Part shown: positions 23,789 to 35,919 of the stretch, one piece after another | Numbering within the stretch: position 1 is the stretch's first letter | Layout: each line of letters starts with the position of its first letter | Assembly (NCBI GenBank): GCA_047495785.1 | Contig: JBLDXI010000001.1 | Coordinates: 1,674,001-1,738,000, forward strand | From: Lepidodermella squamata | Taxonomy: Eukaryota > Animalia > Gastrotricha | Reading direction: 5' to 3' | DNA: 64,000 bases | The notes under the pieces: model-generated | Seen by the model: the letters and a program-made list of their open reading frames with translations, nothing else | What the model was told of the DNA's origin: nothing | Databases searched by the model: none | Position numbers and translations under genes: made by a program

Positions 23789-26307
23789 ATGTTATTTTTA
23801 ATCTGGATTTTAGCTATTGCTAATTCCGCCTCAGCTCAATCTGGAGGAACGGTGCAATACTCGCCAGTTATTGCCACGAGGAATGGCCCAGTTCGCGGCT
23901 CTTTGATCAAGGTCGACTCGCCCCTCAAAGATATAGATGTATATCAGTTCCTAGGGATACCCTACGCAACAGCCCCGTTAGGCCAGCTTCGTTTCAAGAA
24001 AACAGTCCCAGCCGGAGTTTGGACATCAACCTTGGACGCTGTGAACCCGCCACCAAGTTGCCCACGCCTCAGCCCCCCTAACGCTGAATCCAGCCAGCAG
24101 TCAGAGAACTGTCTATTCCTTAACATTTGGGTACCTAGGGTTGCCCTAGATACTTGGCTGGCAGGTAACACGGCGAGCCCTTTAAGTGTCTATGCCTTTA
24201 TCCATGGTGGGGCCTTTAAAACCGGGTCGGCTAGTGATGACGGGATTAGAGGCCAAACCTTGGCTGCCTATAATAACATAATCGTTGTAAATATTCAGTA
24301 CCGACTTGGCTCGCTAGGTTTCGCCTATCTCGACACCCCAGATGTGCCGGGTAATATGGGGCTATGGGACCAGTTAGCAGCGTTGCAGTGGGTCAATCAA
24401 AATATCGCTGCCTTCGGGGGCAACAGCCAACAGGTTACATTGGGCGGGCAAAGTGCTGGCGCCGCTGCGGTGACGGCTCATTTGTTGTCACCCTACAGCA
24501 GGCCTTTCTTTCATCGAGCAATAATCCAATCGGGGTCTGCATTAATGACATGGGGCAGGCGGAGTCCGGGTACAGCTGTCGCGACTACTGGGGCGATTTT
24601 CAACAGCATTTGCAACTACACGAACTTGGCTATTATGATGGAATGCCTTCGTGTTGCTGATTACACTGTATTCCCGGCTGTCGATAATTCACCAGCGGCT
24701 CAATCGATAGTAATCGCAATTAATAATTAATAATTAATAAATAATTATTTTTAAATTTTTTATTAATTAATATTATTAATTTTTTAATTTAATTTTTTAA
24801 TTTTTAATTTAATTATCAATTTAAATATTTGATTTCAGATCCCTGTGGACAGCGTCGCTCCTGTTGTAGATGGCGATTTTATACCGGACGAGCCCTTGAA
24901 AATGCTTTTCTATGGCAACTTCTATAAAGTCCCAATTTTGATAGGTTTCAATAAGGACGAAGGATCTTTCCCCCTTGGACTAGCTATCCAGCCTCCACCT
25001 GGCGCTTTTGCTAACAAACAAGGCCTTATGGGCGATTTGGACCTTACAAATTACAGCGCGGTGATGATAGAACGATTCGCGAATAATTATAAAATTTTCG
25101 GAGATTCGACCGATCTGAGAGGTAATCTACTGCCTTTGCTGCTCCAACAATACCAGCCAGCTTCGAATACTGCTGAGGATATATTCAAGGCTGTTGCCGA
25201 GGCGGAGGGTGACTATGTTTTCAAGTGCCCGGTCAAAACATGGGCGGATTATTCCTCCAGAAATGGGGCGATTGTGTTCGCTTACTACTTTACGGAAAGA
25301 AGGGACGTTTCCGAATCACCGGATTACTATGGCGTGTCGCATGGAGATGAGCTGCAGTAAGTCAAGTCACTCCTACGGAATTGTTTCTAGTTGTTCCCTT
25401 ATAGGTTCGTCTTTGGCAAGCCTGTTGAGATAGTTTCTGCTGGAAACACTACGGCTTACTCTATGCAAGAATTGCTACTAAGCATTGGCATGATGGCTTA
25501 TTGGGGAAATTTCGTCAAATATGGGTGAGGAATTATTTCATCTCTAATATGAATAATTCATTAAAATTAAAAATTAAAAATAGAATTTCGACACATTAAA
25601 ATTGAAAATTTAACTGAAATTTTAAAATTTTAAAAATTAAAATTAAATTAACCTAGTTTGAATAATGATTATGCGTGAGACTATGCTGACCTCATTTTTT
25701 CCAACCATTTTTATATTACCGAAATTAGAAACCCAAATGGCATGCCGGCAAGTGAGGCCGATGCGTTGCCTATTTGGCCTGCTTTTCGCGGAATGGACTG
25801 TTCACAGCAGTTTTTAGAGCTAAACGCTGCTGTTCTCGATAATGCAAACAGCACCGATAACGATAGTTCCCCATTAGGCTTATGCGATGTCGAAAGAACG
25901 AACTGCCAGGTCAGGTCAAATTATTTACGAGCGTTTTTTTCATTTTTTGACGAATTATTTTCCAGTTTTGGGATGATTTTAGTGTCAGACTTATCACTGC
26001 TATGAATCAGAGCACTACGACGGTTATGCCAACGCCTTCAACTGTAACGTCAATACCTTGTGTGCCTGCCACAACTCCGCCTCCCGGTGTACCACAGCCA
26101 GTTCCTGCTTACCCAGCCTACTATCCGCCTGTCTATTACTACTATCCTCGATACCCAGTGTATCCAACCAACTATTACTATGTACCGCCTAGGTATCCTG
26201 TTGTTCCGTGGCCATGGCGGAGACGTCCTTATTGGGGTTGGAGATCAGGAAAGGGCAAACACATGACTAAAAGTGGGACAGGCAATCAAAATGACAAGAA
26301 AAATTGA
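23789..26307 (+). CDS. CCE7: secreted carboxylesterase with Pro/Tyr-rich and Arg/Trp-rich C-terminal tail
   Basis: GQSAG, NKDEG, GVSHGDE. Last exon 25966-26307 continues in frame into ORF 26002-26307. Confidence 0.92.
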
Positions 26308-26654
26308 ATCAAACATAGACTGTTTTTTTTATTATAAATTGCTTTTACAGCTTTAGATATATCATTGACAGTAAATCATTCGCAAAGATCGTATAACTAA
26401 GTGATTATAAGGATTTTTTGCTCGTGGCACAAGGGTGTTTATATGTACAAAAACAGAGTGTAAACATCGTGACATTCCCTAGACTGTTTGCTTACTTTGC
26501 AAACCACGCATGTAGGCGTTATAGTGTATATCAGCCTTAAATAAATTGTCTGCAATCTGAAATCGGAGACTTGGGCCTAAATCACACCTACCCGCCGGCA
26601 CGGATGAGTTAAAAGGCGAAAAATATCTGCGATATGCAAAAACAAAGATTAATC

Positions 26655-28750
26655 ATGGCCCTCTTGCCGTTTTTCGTTTTAGCTCTGCTACAAGTTGTAG
26701 CAGCTCAACAGAATTCTCCTGTTGTTAATACAAGATCAGGCCCGGTGAGAGGTAAAATCGTCACTGTGACCTCCAATCCGACCCAAATCGATGTCTACCA
26801 ATTTACTGGCATTCCATTTGCGAAACCTCCAACTGGTGATCTCAGACTGAGGAAAACTCAATCCGTCCAACCCTGGACAGCGATTCTCGATGCAACTAAC
26901 GATCCACCTCAATGCATGCAGAGTGCCATGCAAATTCCCGGTGGTCCTACTGTTGCACCAAAAATGTCCGAAGACTGTCTATACCTCAACATTTGGGCGC
27001 CTAAGGCCGCGGTCGATAGCGCTCTTAGTGGTCAAAATAGCCAAAAATTGAGCGTCTACGTATTCATCCACGGCGGAGCTTTTGTCATGGGTTCAATCAG
27101 CGATAAGACACTCAATGGGGTGTATCTATCAGGACTTACCAATGTCATTGTCGTAACAATCCAATACCGACTCGGATCATTAGGATTTGCCTATCAGGGT
27201 AACATCTACGCCCCGGGTAATATGGGGCTTTGGGACCAACTTGAGGCTCTGAAATGGATAAATGCTAACATCGGTTCATTCGGGGGTGACAATACAGCAG
27301 TAACAATTGGTGGCCAAAGCGCTGGCGGGTCTGCTGTTACCGCTCACTTGCTGTCACCCTACAGCAGGCCCTATTTCCAGCGAGCAATTATCGAATCAGG
27401 CGCGGCAACCATGGTATGGGGTAGGCGAAATTCCTCGATCGTCAGGCGAACTTCGGACATTGTTCTCAGCACGATTTGCATGCCTACTTCAAACATCGAA
27501 ACTTGGATGCAGTGCCTTAGCCGAGCAAATGCTTCGTCATTTCCAGCTACAGATTCGTCCCCGGCTGGTAAGCGAATCGTTAAGGAGGACAATTTCTCAC
27601 CTGTAGTCGATGGCGACTTCATTCCTCGAGATCCGTCGTCAATGCTGGCTTCAGGCAATTTTGCGAAAGTCCCGATTTTAATAGGAATGACTAAGGACGA
27701 AGCTTCCTTCCAACTGGTAATGCCTGATGGCAGTAACCCACCCCTTTTCGGTTTGCAGCCCAGCCAGTTGACAAATGCCCATTACAAAACGCTTATTTCT
27801 GAACGCTTCATCGATTTTCATCAACTACTGCATGACAGCAATAGTACAACTGCGAAGTTGAGGGTTACCTCGGCAATTGAATTTCAATATCAGCCGAAAA
27901 GTCAAGGTTTAGCGATTTTCCAAGCTGTTAGCGATGCTGATAGTGACTACACGTTCAAATGTCCTGTTTTGGCCTGGGCTACAGGTACGGCCAGTGCTAG
28001 GGCTCAGGTCTATGCCTACTTGTTCAGCCATGTAAAGGAAAGTCCTATGAGCTATCTCGGAGCAAAACACGGCGATGAACTTCAGTAAACTGCGAATTTT
28101 AAACAATTTTTAGGCTTATAATTCGATTTTTCAGATTCTTGTTTGGTCAGCCTTTAGCTGGATCCGACAATTCTTACTCCGACACTGAAAAGGTCCTCAG
28201 TGTAACTATGATGGCTTATTGGTCGAATTTTATAAAATACGGGTTAGTATTCAAGATATCTAGCCTCGAAATCGATTTAGCTTAGATTTTCAACAGAAAT
28301 CCTAACGGCATTGGACAGGGTCGTCTTCGTACTTGGCCATCCTATTCCGGCTCTGGTTGTTCGAAACAAGTTTTCGACATAAACATAGCCAGCGTAGTAA
28401 ACAAAACCAGCCCCGACTCGCAGGCCATTATTTGCGACTACAAGAGAAACGACTGTGAGATGGTATGAGTAGTAGTTGATGATCAGCTTTCAGCTATCAT
28501 CCCTCTTTTGTTGTGTTGTTGTTTTTTCATACATGTGAGGTTTGTTTATTAGTTTTGGAATGACTACATGCCGAAACTCGTCGCAGCAGCGTTGAACAAC
28601 CAGCAAACATCAATAACGACAACACAGGCCTACAATAACGATCGCTATAGACCAAGGCCGCCTCACGGGCGCCGACCTCCATACGGAAGAGGAGGCTATA
28701 ATAATAATAATGATGACTCATCGTCGCAGGACGGCGATAGGCGCGGCTGA
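26655..28750 (+). CDS. CCE8: secreted carboxylesterase, triplicate copy 1
   Basis: Signal peptide MALLPFFVLALLQVVAA; GQSAG, TKDEA, GAKHGDE; 4 exons; tail YNNDRYRPRPPHGRRPPYGRGGY...DRRG*. Confidence 0.93.
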
Positions 28751-28864
28751 AAAACAAAACATTTACTTTTCAAAGAAAACAAACTAAAAAACGTTTTCAA
28801 ACACACAATAAAAAGTAGTTGATGTATTACACTGCGTTGTTGTTCAAAATATTTGTTTTATATA

Positions 28865-29905
28865 CCGTAACGGGTCCTAACTTTGGACAAAACACCTTCT
28901 TTTTCAATTTAAAAAAATTCGGTTTTCGTCTAGAAAAATGGAAAAAAATAGCCAAACCTCCGCTCAAGGAATCTGCGTGGACAGGTGAAGTTTGGAAAAT
29001 TTAGAAGCTCACCTTGATTTTTAAAAAATAGGTAAAGAAACCTCTAAATTTGGACACTCGTTCCCAAATTTGGACACCTCATTTGCATATGCTAATTCGA
29101 CCTTACACACATTTTATTCCTTGTTGCGCAATTTTTCTCCTGTTTTTAAAGGCGAAATTTGTAGCACCGAGTCTCATTTAGAACGTAGACGGAGGGATAT
29201 CTGTTTGAGGTTAAACCATGGGTTGAGGTTTGAATGAGTCATGGAGTTTCTTTATCGCTGAACTATTGATATTTTTTACCGAAAGTGAACTGTCCATTTG
29301 TCCCATGGTACCTGCTGTTCACCTGTTTAATTAAAGATTGGGCGCCGTCGGATTTGTATTCGGATTCATTATTATTCTCTATGCTCTCTAGCCAAAATCA
29401 TGAAAGCATAGCCTAGGCCGGGAGTCATTAAGCTAATTCCAAGGTTTCATCAATGCGTTGCCATTCTTTTCAAAACTGACAAAAAGCATACATTTCATTT
29501 GCATATGCATAGAGATAAAAATATCATTAAAAGTGTCCAAATTTAGAGGCTAAATTCAAAGTCACCTGTATCAAAATTGGCTTGTCCTTCTGCCGAGATT
29601 TTTTTACAGAATTTAGTTTAGGTAAATCCCTATGCGCAAACAAAATTTCAGCCCTAACCGTTCACAGGTGAGCATTTGGCAAGGGGGGTCCCAAAACACC
29701 TTTCTGAGTGATCGAGCTTCGGCGATTTTTCGCAAATCGATAGTACATGAAAGTATTGGCAAATTTGGTACCGTTGGAAAGCCCATAAAGGGAGCTATTT
29801 TTCAGTGAACATTTTTAATTTTTATCAGTTATGTACAAATTGATATTTAGGTCTAAAGCTCAAAGTGTCCAAATTTGGGGTGTCCAAATTTAGAGCGCGT
29901 TACGG
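28865..29905. mobile_element. Non-autonomous Tc1/mariner-superfamily (Tc2/pogo-like) element
   Basis: Imperfect TIRs CCGTAACG-G--CTAA--TTGGACA, TA target duplication, and subterminal AAATTTGGACAC repeats. The empty site is visible after CCE10 (ttttatatagcggcgatcg, ~40615-40633). Confidence 0.85.
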
Positions 29906-30126
29906 TAGCGGCGATCGATAAAAACGGCGGGCTTATTGGGCTTGGAGATCAGGAAAAGGAAAACACATGGCTAAAAAGCTAAATTGACTCGATGACAAAA
30001 ATACTAGCTTCATTTTAAAAAAATCATAAATTGCTGTTATAGTTGTATTTAATCATTGGCATATAATTTAATGGCAAAACTCGCGAATAACTGAGTGATT
30101 ATTTGACATTTTTGGCATGTGACGTA

Positions 30127-31537
30127 CAGTTTGGTCTGAAAATAGTAAAGAACGCGCATTTCTTCAAATAATAGCGTTTTCAGCTAATGATCACGAGGCT
30201 AATCAATTTCTTCAATCTATTGATCAGCTTCCTCAATTCAATGGCGCACATCTGATTAGCCAATTTCGAGGGAAAAAAGAAAATCAGTCCTAATTCCGGA
30301 GAGAATTCACCGTGGTCGGAGGATTTGGGCTATCGAACCCATTGTTGCGTCATAAATTATGATAAATCAATAGCAAGAAACAAGCACTCCCCGAAAATCC
30401 AAATTTTCAAAGCCATTCTGACCAGGTCGAAAATAGTGAGAAAAATTTTAAATGACTTGTTAACACGTCATGAAAACGCGTTAACACGTCATAGCAACGG
30501 CAACTCGGGTAAATTTCTTCTGAAAAAGAGGTTCGGCTTTCAATCTAAGGCTAAATTTAAGACTTTCTGCCGACTCAGAATTTGATTTTACCCTCTTCTT
30601 GATTTTCTGGGATTTTCTGAAAGGTGCTCGAGTTAACACGTCATTGCGCCGGCGGCTAAGGGTTAAGAGAGGATATGCCATGTTAAAGAGAAGGATTCTG
30701 GTTGCACCTGCACGCTCAATGAAAGATGACCCAAAATATCAAAGACCTTTCCAATATGTAAATAGTTGGCTCCAATCCCAGACCTGTATAGGTGGAAAAG
30801 CCATATTTAGACTAACCCTCACAGAGTCATCGTTCGTTAAGCGCATGTCCCTACCGCCAATGTCGCCGAATTCACTAATATTTCAATAATAAAAACCATA
30901 TTTTCAGGTCAAGAGATTTTAACAGATAAAGTTTCCCAGGTTCTCAAACTGTAAATAACAAGTTCAACAATACCTTATAAAGGCTCTTTGAATTCGTCTT
31001 CTACCGAAGAATTCCAATTAATTTGAAGTTCAAACCTTTCGTAAATAAATTGTCATTTGCGTGGAATTAGCTCTTTTTTTCCTAGATTGGCATCTACACC
31101 TTCACTTCTACCGCAACTTGATCACTAACTAGGCCAGATAATTGAAGGCAGGAAAAGGCACATTGTTTTTTCTGTCACAAAAATAAGTCCTAATCATTGA
31201 ATTGAAACTTTTAATTTTTTCAAATTTTCTTTCGGGCTTGGACAATGACCCTTCTATTACTGCTTGTCTCCTTCACGGTAATGTAATAAGGTAATTCTAA
31301 ACCGCGTTAATTTATAGCTTCGATAAATTATGTTCTGAATTCTTTTTAATAAAGTCAATTTTCATTTGAAATTATTTTTTTCAAAATGAAGATGAAGAAT
31401 GCTGATAGAGAAAATTAACTTCAACTACTGCGTAGCTACAAGGTCATGTGCCCATCACATGATAACCATCATTCAACTTTTTTCAACTACGATTCGCGAA
31501 TCTTAAGTCGCAGCTTTACTAGTTTTAGACCACACTG
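30127..31537. mobile_element. Tc1-like non-autonomous element nested in the MITE left TIR
   Basis: 24-bp TIRs CAGT(T/G)TGGTCT(G/A)AAA(A/C)TAGTAAAG; TA duplicated at 30125-26 and 31538-39; no intact transposase ORF seen. Confidence 0.8.
30296..30662. mobile_element. piggyBac-like terminal fragment nested in the Tc1-like element
   Basis: Absent from the second copy (~36959-37000). Ends ...GCGGCTAAGGG|TTAA, the piggyBac-type TTAA-CCC terminus; internal TTAACACGTCAT x3; other end missing. Confidence 0.55.
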
Positions 31538-32079
31538 TAGATAGGACGCCGCACTCAGAGCACGCCGGCTGACCAAAAGACGTGTTCGCTTTTTTGCTCA
31601 TGAATTAGCTCGCAAAAATTAGTGTTTTGGCGCGATTTCCGAGACGCTACCAGGATGAGATGCATCTTTGAAGATGAATTCTGATGATGGATGGCAGCAT
31701 CTGCTCAAAATTTGATCAAAAGTCAACAGAAATAGCACGAAATAGGAAAATAATGACATGATTCATCTAATTACATTTGAAACGATGAACTTTGCTCCTT
31801 ATTAGTCTCACTTCAATTTTTCGTGCCCGAAAACCTCTTAGTGCGGCGTCCTATCTACGTCACATGATTTTTGGCACCTGACAGAAGGGTGGTAAATGCA
31901 CACGAACAGAGTGTAAAAATCGTGCTCTCTGTTCCCTAGACTGTTTGCTTGCTCTGCATGTAGGCGTTCTAGTATACTTATATCGGCCTGAACCTGAAAT
32001 TGGAGACATGGCCCTGGTGCCACCTACGTGCTGGCACGGAAATAAAAGGCGAAAAATATTGGGAAAACAAAGATTAATC

Positions 32080-34177
32080 ATGGCTGTGTTGCCATTTTTT
32101 GTTTTAGCTTTGCTACAAGTTGTAGCAGCTCAACAGAGCTCTCCTGTTGTTAATACAAGATCAGGCCCGGTGAGAGGTAAAATCGTTACTGTGGCCTCTA
32201 ATCCGAGCCAAATCGACGTCTACCAATTCACTGGCATTCCATTTGCGAAACCTCCAATCGGTGATCTCAGGCTGAGAAAAACGCAATCCGTCCAACCGTG
32301 GACAACGATTCTCGATGCAACTAACGATCCACCTCAATGCATGCAGAGTGCCATGCAAATTCCCGGTGGTCCTACTCTTGCGTCGAAAATGTCCGAAGAC
32401 TGCCTGTACCTCAACATTTGGGCGCCTAAGGCCGCGGTCGATAGCGCTCTTAGTGGTCAAAATAGCCAAAAATTGAGCGTCTACGTATTCATCCACGGCG
32501 GAGCTTTTGTCATGGGTTCAATCAGCGATAAAACACTCAATGGGGTCTATCTATCAGGACTTACCAATGTCATTGTCGTAACAATCCAATACCGACTCGG
32601 GTCATTAGGATTTGCCTATCAGGGTAACATCTACGCCCCGGGTAATATGGGGCTTTGGGACCAACTTGAGGCTCTGAAATGGATAAATGCTAACATCGGT
32701 TCATTCGGGGGTGACAATACGGCAGTAACAATTGGTGGCCAGAGCGCTGGCGGGTCTGCGGTTACAGCTCACTTGCTGTCACCCTACAGCCGGCCCTATT
32801 TCCAACGCGCGATTATCGAATCAGGCGCCGCAACCATGGTATGGGGTAGGCGAAATTCCTCGATCGTCAGGCGAACTTCGGACATTGTTCTCAGCACGAT
32901 TTGCATGCCTACTTCAAACATCGAAACTTGGATGCAATGCCTCAGCCGAGCAAATGCTTCCTCATTTCCAGCTACAGATTCGTCCCCGGCGGGTAAACGA
33001 ATCGTTAAGGAGGACAATTTCGCCCCAGTTGTCGATGGCGACTTCATTCCTCGAGATCCGTCGTCAATGCTGGCTTCAGGCAATTTTGCGAAAGTCCCGA
33101 TTTTAATAGGAATGACTAAGGACGAAGCTTCCTTTCAACTGGTAATGCCTGATGGCACTAATCCTCCCCTTTTCGGCCTGCAGCCCAGCCAGTTGACGAA
33201 TGCACATTACAAAACGTTAATCTCTAATCGATTCATCGATTTTCATCAGCTGCTATTTGACAGCAATAGTACAACTGCAAGGTTAAGGGTGACCTCGGCA
33301 ATTGAAGCTCAGTATCAGCCTAAAAGCCAGGGTTTAGCGATTTTCCAAGCTGTTAGCGATGCTGATAGCGACTACACGTTCAAATGTCCCGTTTTGGCCT
33401 GGGCTAAAGGTACGGCCAGTGCTAGGGCTCAGGTCTATGCCTACTTGTTCAGCCATGTAAAGGAAAGTCCTATGAGCTATCTTGGAGCAAAACACGGCGA
33501 TGAACTTCAGTAAACTGCGAATTTTAAACAATTTTTAGGCTTATAATTCGATTTTTCAGATTCTTGTTTGGTCAGCCTTTATCTGGATCCGACAATTCTT
33601 ACTCTGACACTGAAAAGGTCCTCAGTGTAACTATGATGGCTTATTGGTCGAATTTTATAAAATACGGGTTAGTATTCAAGATATCTAGCCTCGAAATCGA
33701 TTTAGCTTAGATTTTCAACAGAAATCCTAACGGCATTGGACAGGGTCGTCTTCGTAATTGGCCGTCCTATTCCGGCTCTGGTTGTTCGAAACAAGTTTTC
33801 GACATAACCATAGCCAGCGTAGTAAACAAAACCAGCCCCGACTCGCAGGCCATTATTTGCGACTACAAGAAAAACGACTGTGAGATGGTGGGTATATAGT
33901 AGTTGATGATCAGCTTTCAGCTATCATCCCTATTTTGTTGTGTTGTTGTTTTTTCATACATGTGAGGTTTGTTTATTAGTTTTGGAATGACTACATGCCG
34001 AAACTCGTCGCAGCAGCGTTGAACAACCAGCAAACATCAATAACGACAACACAGGCCTACAATAACGATCGCTATAGACCAAGGCCGCCTCACGGGCGCC
34101 GACCCCCATACGGAAGAGGAGGCTATAATAATAATAATGATGACTCATCGTCGCAGGACGGCGATAGGCGCGGCTGA
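32080..34177 (+). CDS. CCE9: secreted carboxylesterase, triplicate copy 2 (mosaic of CCE10-type 5' and CCE8-type 3')
   Basis: Near-identical to CCE8 and CCE10; triad intact. Real start is the ATG at 32080, not the upstream TTG of the ORF track. Confidence 0.93.
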
Positions 34178-34291
34178 AAAACAAAACATTTACTTTTCAA
34201 AGAAAACAAACTAAAAAACGTTTTCAAACACACAATAAAAAGTAGTTGATGTATTACACTGCGTTGTTGTTCAAAATATTTGTTTTATATA

Positions 34292-34997
34292 CCGTAACGG
34301 GTCCTAACTTTGGACAAAACACCTTTTTTAATTTAAAAAAATTCGGTTTCCGTCTAGAAAAATGGAAAAAAATAGCCAAACCTCCGCCCAAGGAATCTGC
34401 GTGGACAGGTGAAGTTTGGAAAATTTAGAAGCTCACCTTGATTTTTAAAAAATAGGTAAAGAAACCTCTAAATTTGGACACTCGTTCTCAAATTTGGACA
34501 CCTCATTTGCATATGCTAATTCGACCTTACACACATTTTATTCCTTGTTGCGCAATTTTTCTCCTGTTTTTAAAGGCGACATTTGTAGCCACTTGACACT
34601 AAAATATTGCTACCGATAGGATTCACTCATCGTCAGATTTAATGCAGATGTGCGCAATACCAATTATACACCAGGCACCAGGCTCTTAATACCGTTAATG
34701 AACCATGAATCTTCTCAAAACTATGATAAACCAGGTGAAGATGTCTCTAAAGCACCGAGTCTCATTTAGAACGTAGACGTAGGGATATCTGTTTGAGGTT
34801 AAACCATGGGTTGAGGTTTGAATGAGTCATGGAGTTTCTTTATCGCTGAACTATTGATATTTTCTACCGAAAGTGAACTGTCATTTGTCCCATGGTACCT
34901 GCTGTTCACCTGTTTAATTAAAGATTGGGCGCCGTCGGATTTGTATTCGGATTCATTATTAATCTCTATGCTCTCTAGCCAAAATCATGAAAGCATA
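34292..34997. mobile_element. Second, 3'-truncated copy of the Tc2/pogo-like element
   Basis: Same left TIR and insertion site as 28865; retains ~160 bp (34590-34750) missing from copy 1; truncated at ...aagcata. Confidence 0.85.
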
Positions 34998-35919
34998 TGA
35001 AGTGTTGGTTTATTAGGTAAATTAGAAAAACAATTCCTCAGCCCGCAGGCTAAATAGGAGATTACCGGGCTGTTAGTGGCCCCTCAGTGTTAGCAAATTG
35101 AATATACACAGCTACGGCTCCGCGTATTAAGCGAGGTCGACAGAATGACAAATAACTATAAATATACAGTGTTCATTATAATGTTAATACGGGAATACTT
35201 CCAAGCCAACGCCTCGGGCCGCCGCTTTGCGCGTGCCGCCACCCGAGGCCCAACCGCTGCCTGCATCGACGAAAATCTACAGATAGTCCATCAGCCACCA
35301 AAAGGAACCAACCACTCATCGCCTCGGGCCGCCGTTTGGTGCGTACCGCCACCCGAGGCCCAACTGCTACCAGGATCGACGATCCGCAAACTAAGAACAT
35401 GCCTTAAGGACCATGCCTCGGCATTACAATTCAATTTTAAAAAGTCTAAGATCTAGGACAAGAAAACAGAAAACATAGCCGGACTCGAACCGGGGCCTCT
35501 TGCGGCACATAACAAAATACGATTTAACCGGACCCGAACCGATTGCCTTTCACATACATAGAGATTTTGAAAAGATAATTTGAAAAGACCTAGGGGACTA
35601 GAGAAAGAAATAAGATAGAAGAGAGGAACTGAGAGGGAACCTACAGCGCACAGATAGCATCTATCCGCCACTAGTCAGGAACCGGAAAGGTCCGGCCGTG
35701 CAGGGAGCGATGCTCTCATCGCCACCCGCAACGAACCTGCCCTCCCCGCGACAAGCTGCGCTCGGGTCGTTGCTTCCGTGGACCGCCACCCGCCGCTGGC
35801 TTGCCGCCTCTAACACCCGACAACAGCCTAAACTGCTAGGATCGCTGGAAGTCGATCAAAGGACGATCGAACCGAAGGTAGAGGCCCAGCTCCCAATAGA
35901 TGGTCAAGAAAGAAACGCA
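34998..35919 (-). mobile_element. Putative solo LTR (922 bp)
   Basis: Begins TG, ends CA, flanked by CATA on both sides (34994-97 and 35920-23); AATAAA on the minus strand ~12 nt from the end; GC-richer than flanks. Confidence 0.5.

Larger units (their letters stand above)
30116..31866. mobile_element. ~340-bp MITE with 27-bp TIRs and 8-bp TSD (hAT/P-type), interrupted by nested elements
   Basis: TIR CATGTGACGTAGATAGGACGCCGCACT (left copy split at its TA by a nested insertion). TSD ATTTTTGG at 30108-30115 and 31867-31874. Absent upstream of CCE8. Confidence 0.85.

Noticed and set aside
30599-31380. Transposase ORF within the Tc1-like element
   Set aside because: No DDE or HTH motifs recognisable; frames are closed by stops.
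31945-32079. 45-aa N-terminal extension of CCE9 (and CCE10, 38288-38422)
   Set aside because: Starts at TTG; the signal peptide begins at the downstream ATG shared with CCE8.
35474-35548. Functional tRNA gene on the minus strand
   Set aside because: Only a T-arm and B-box are evident; no convincing acceptor, D or anticodon stems.
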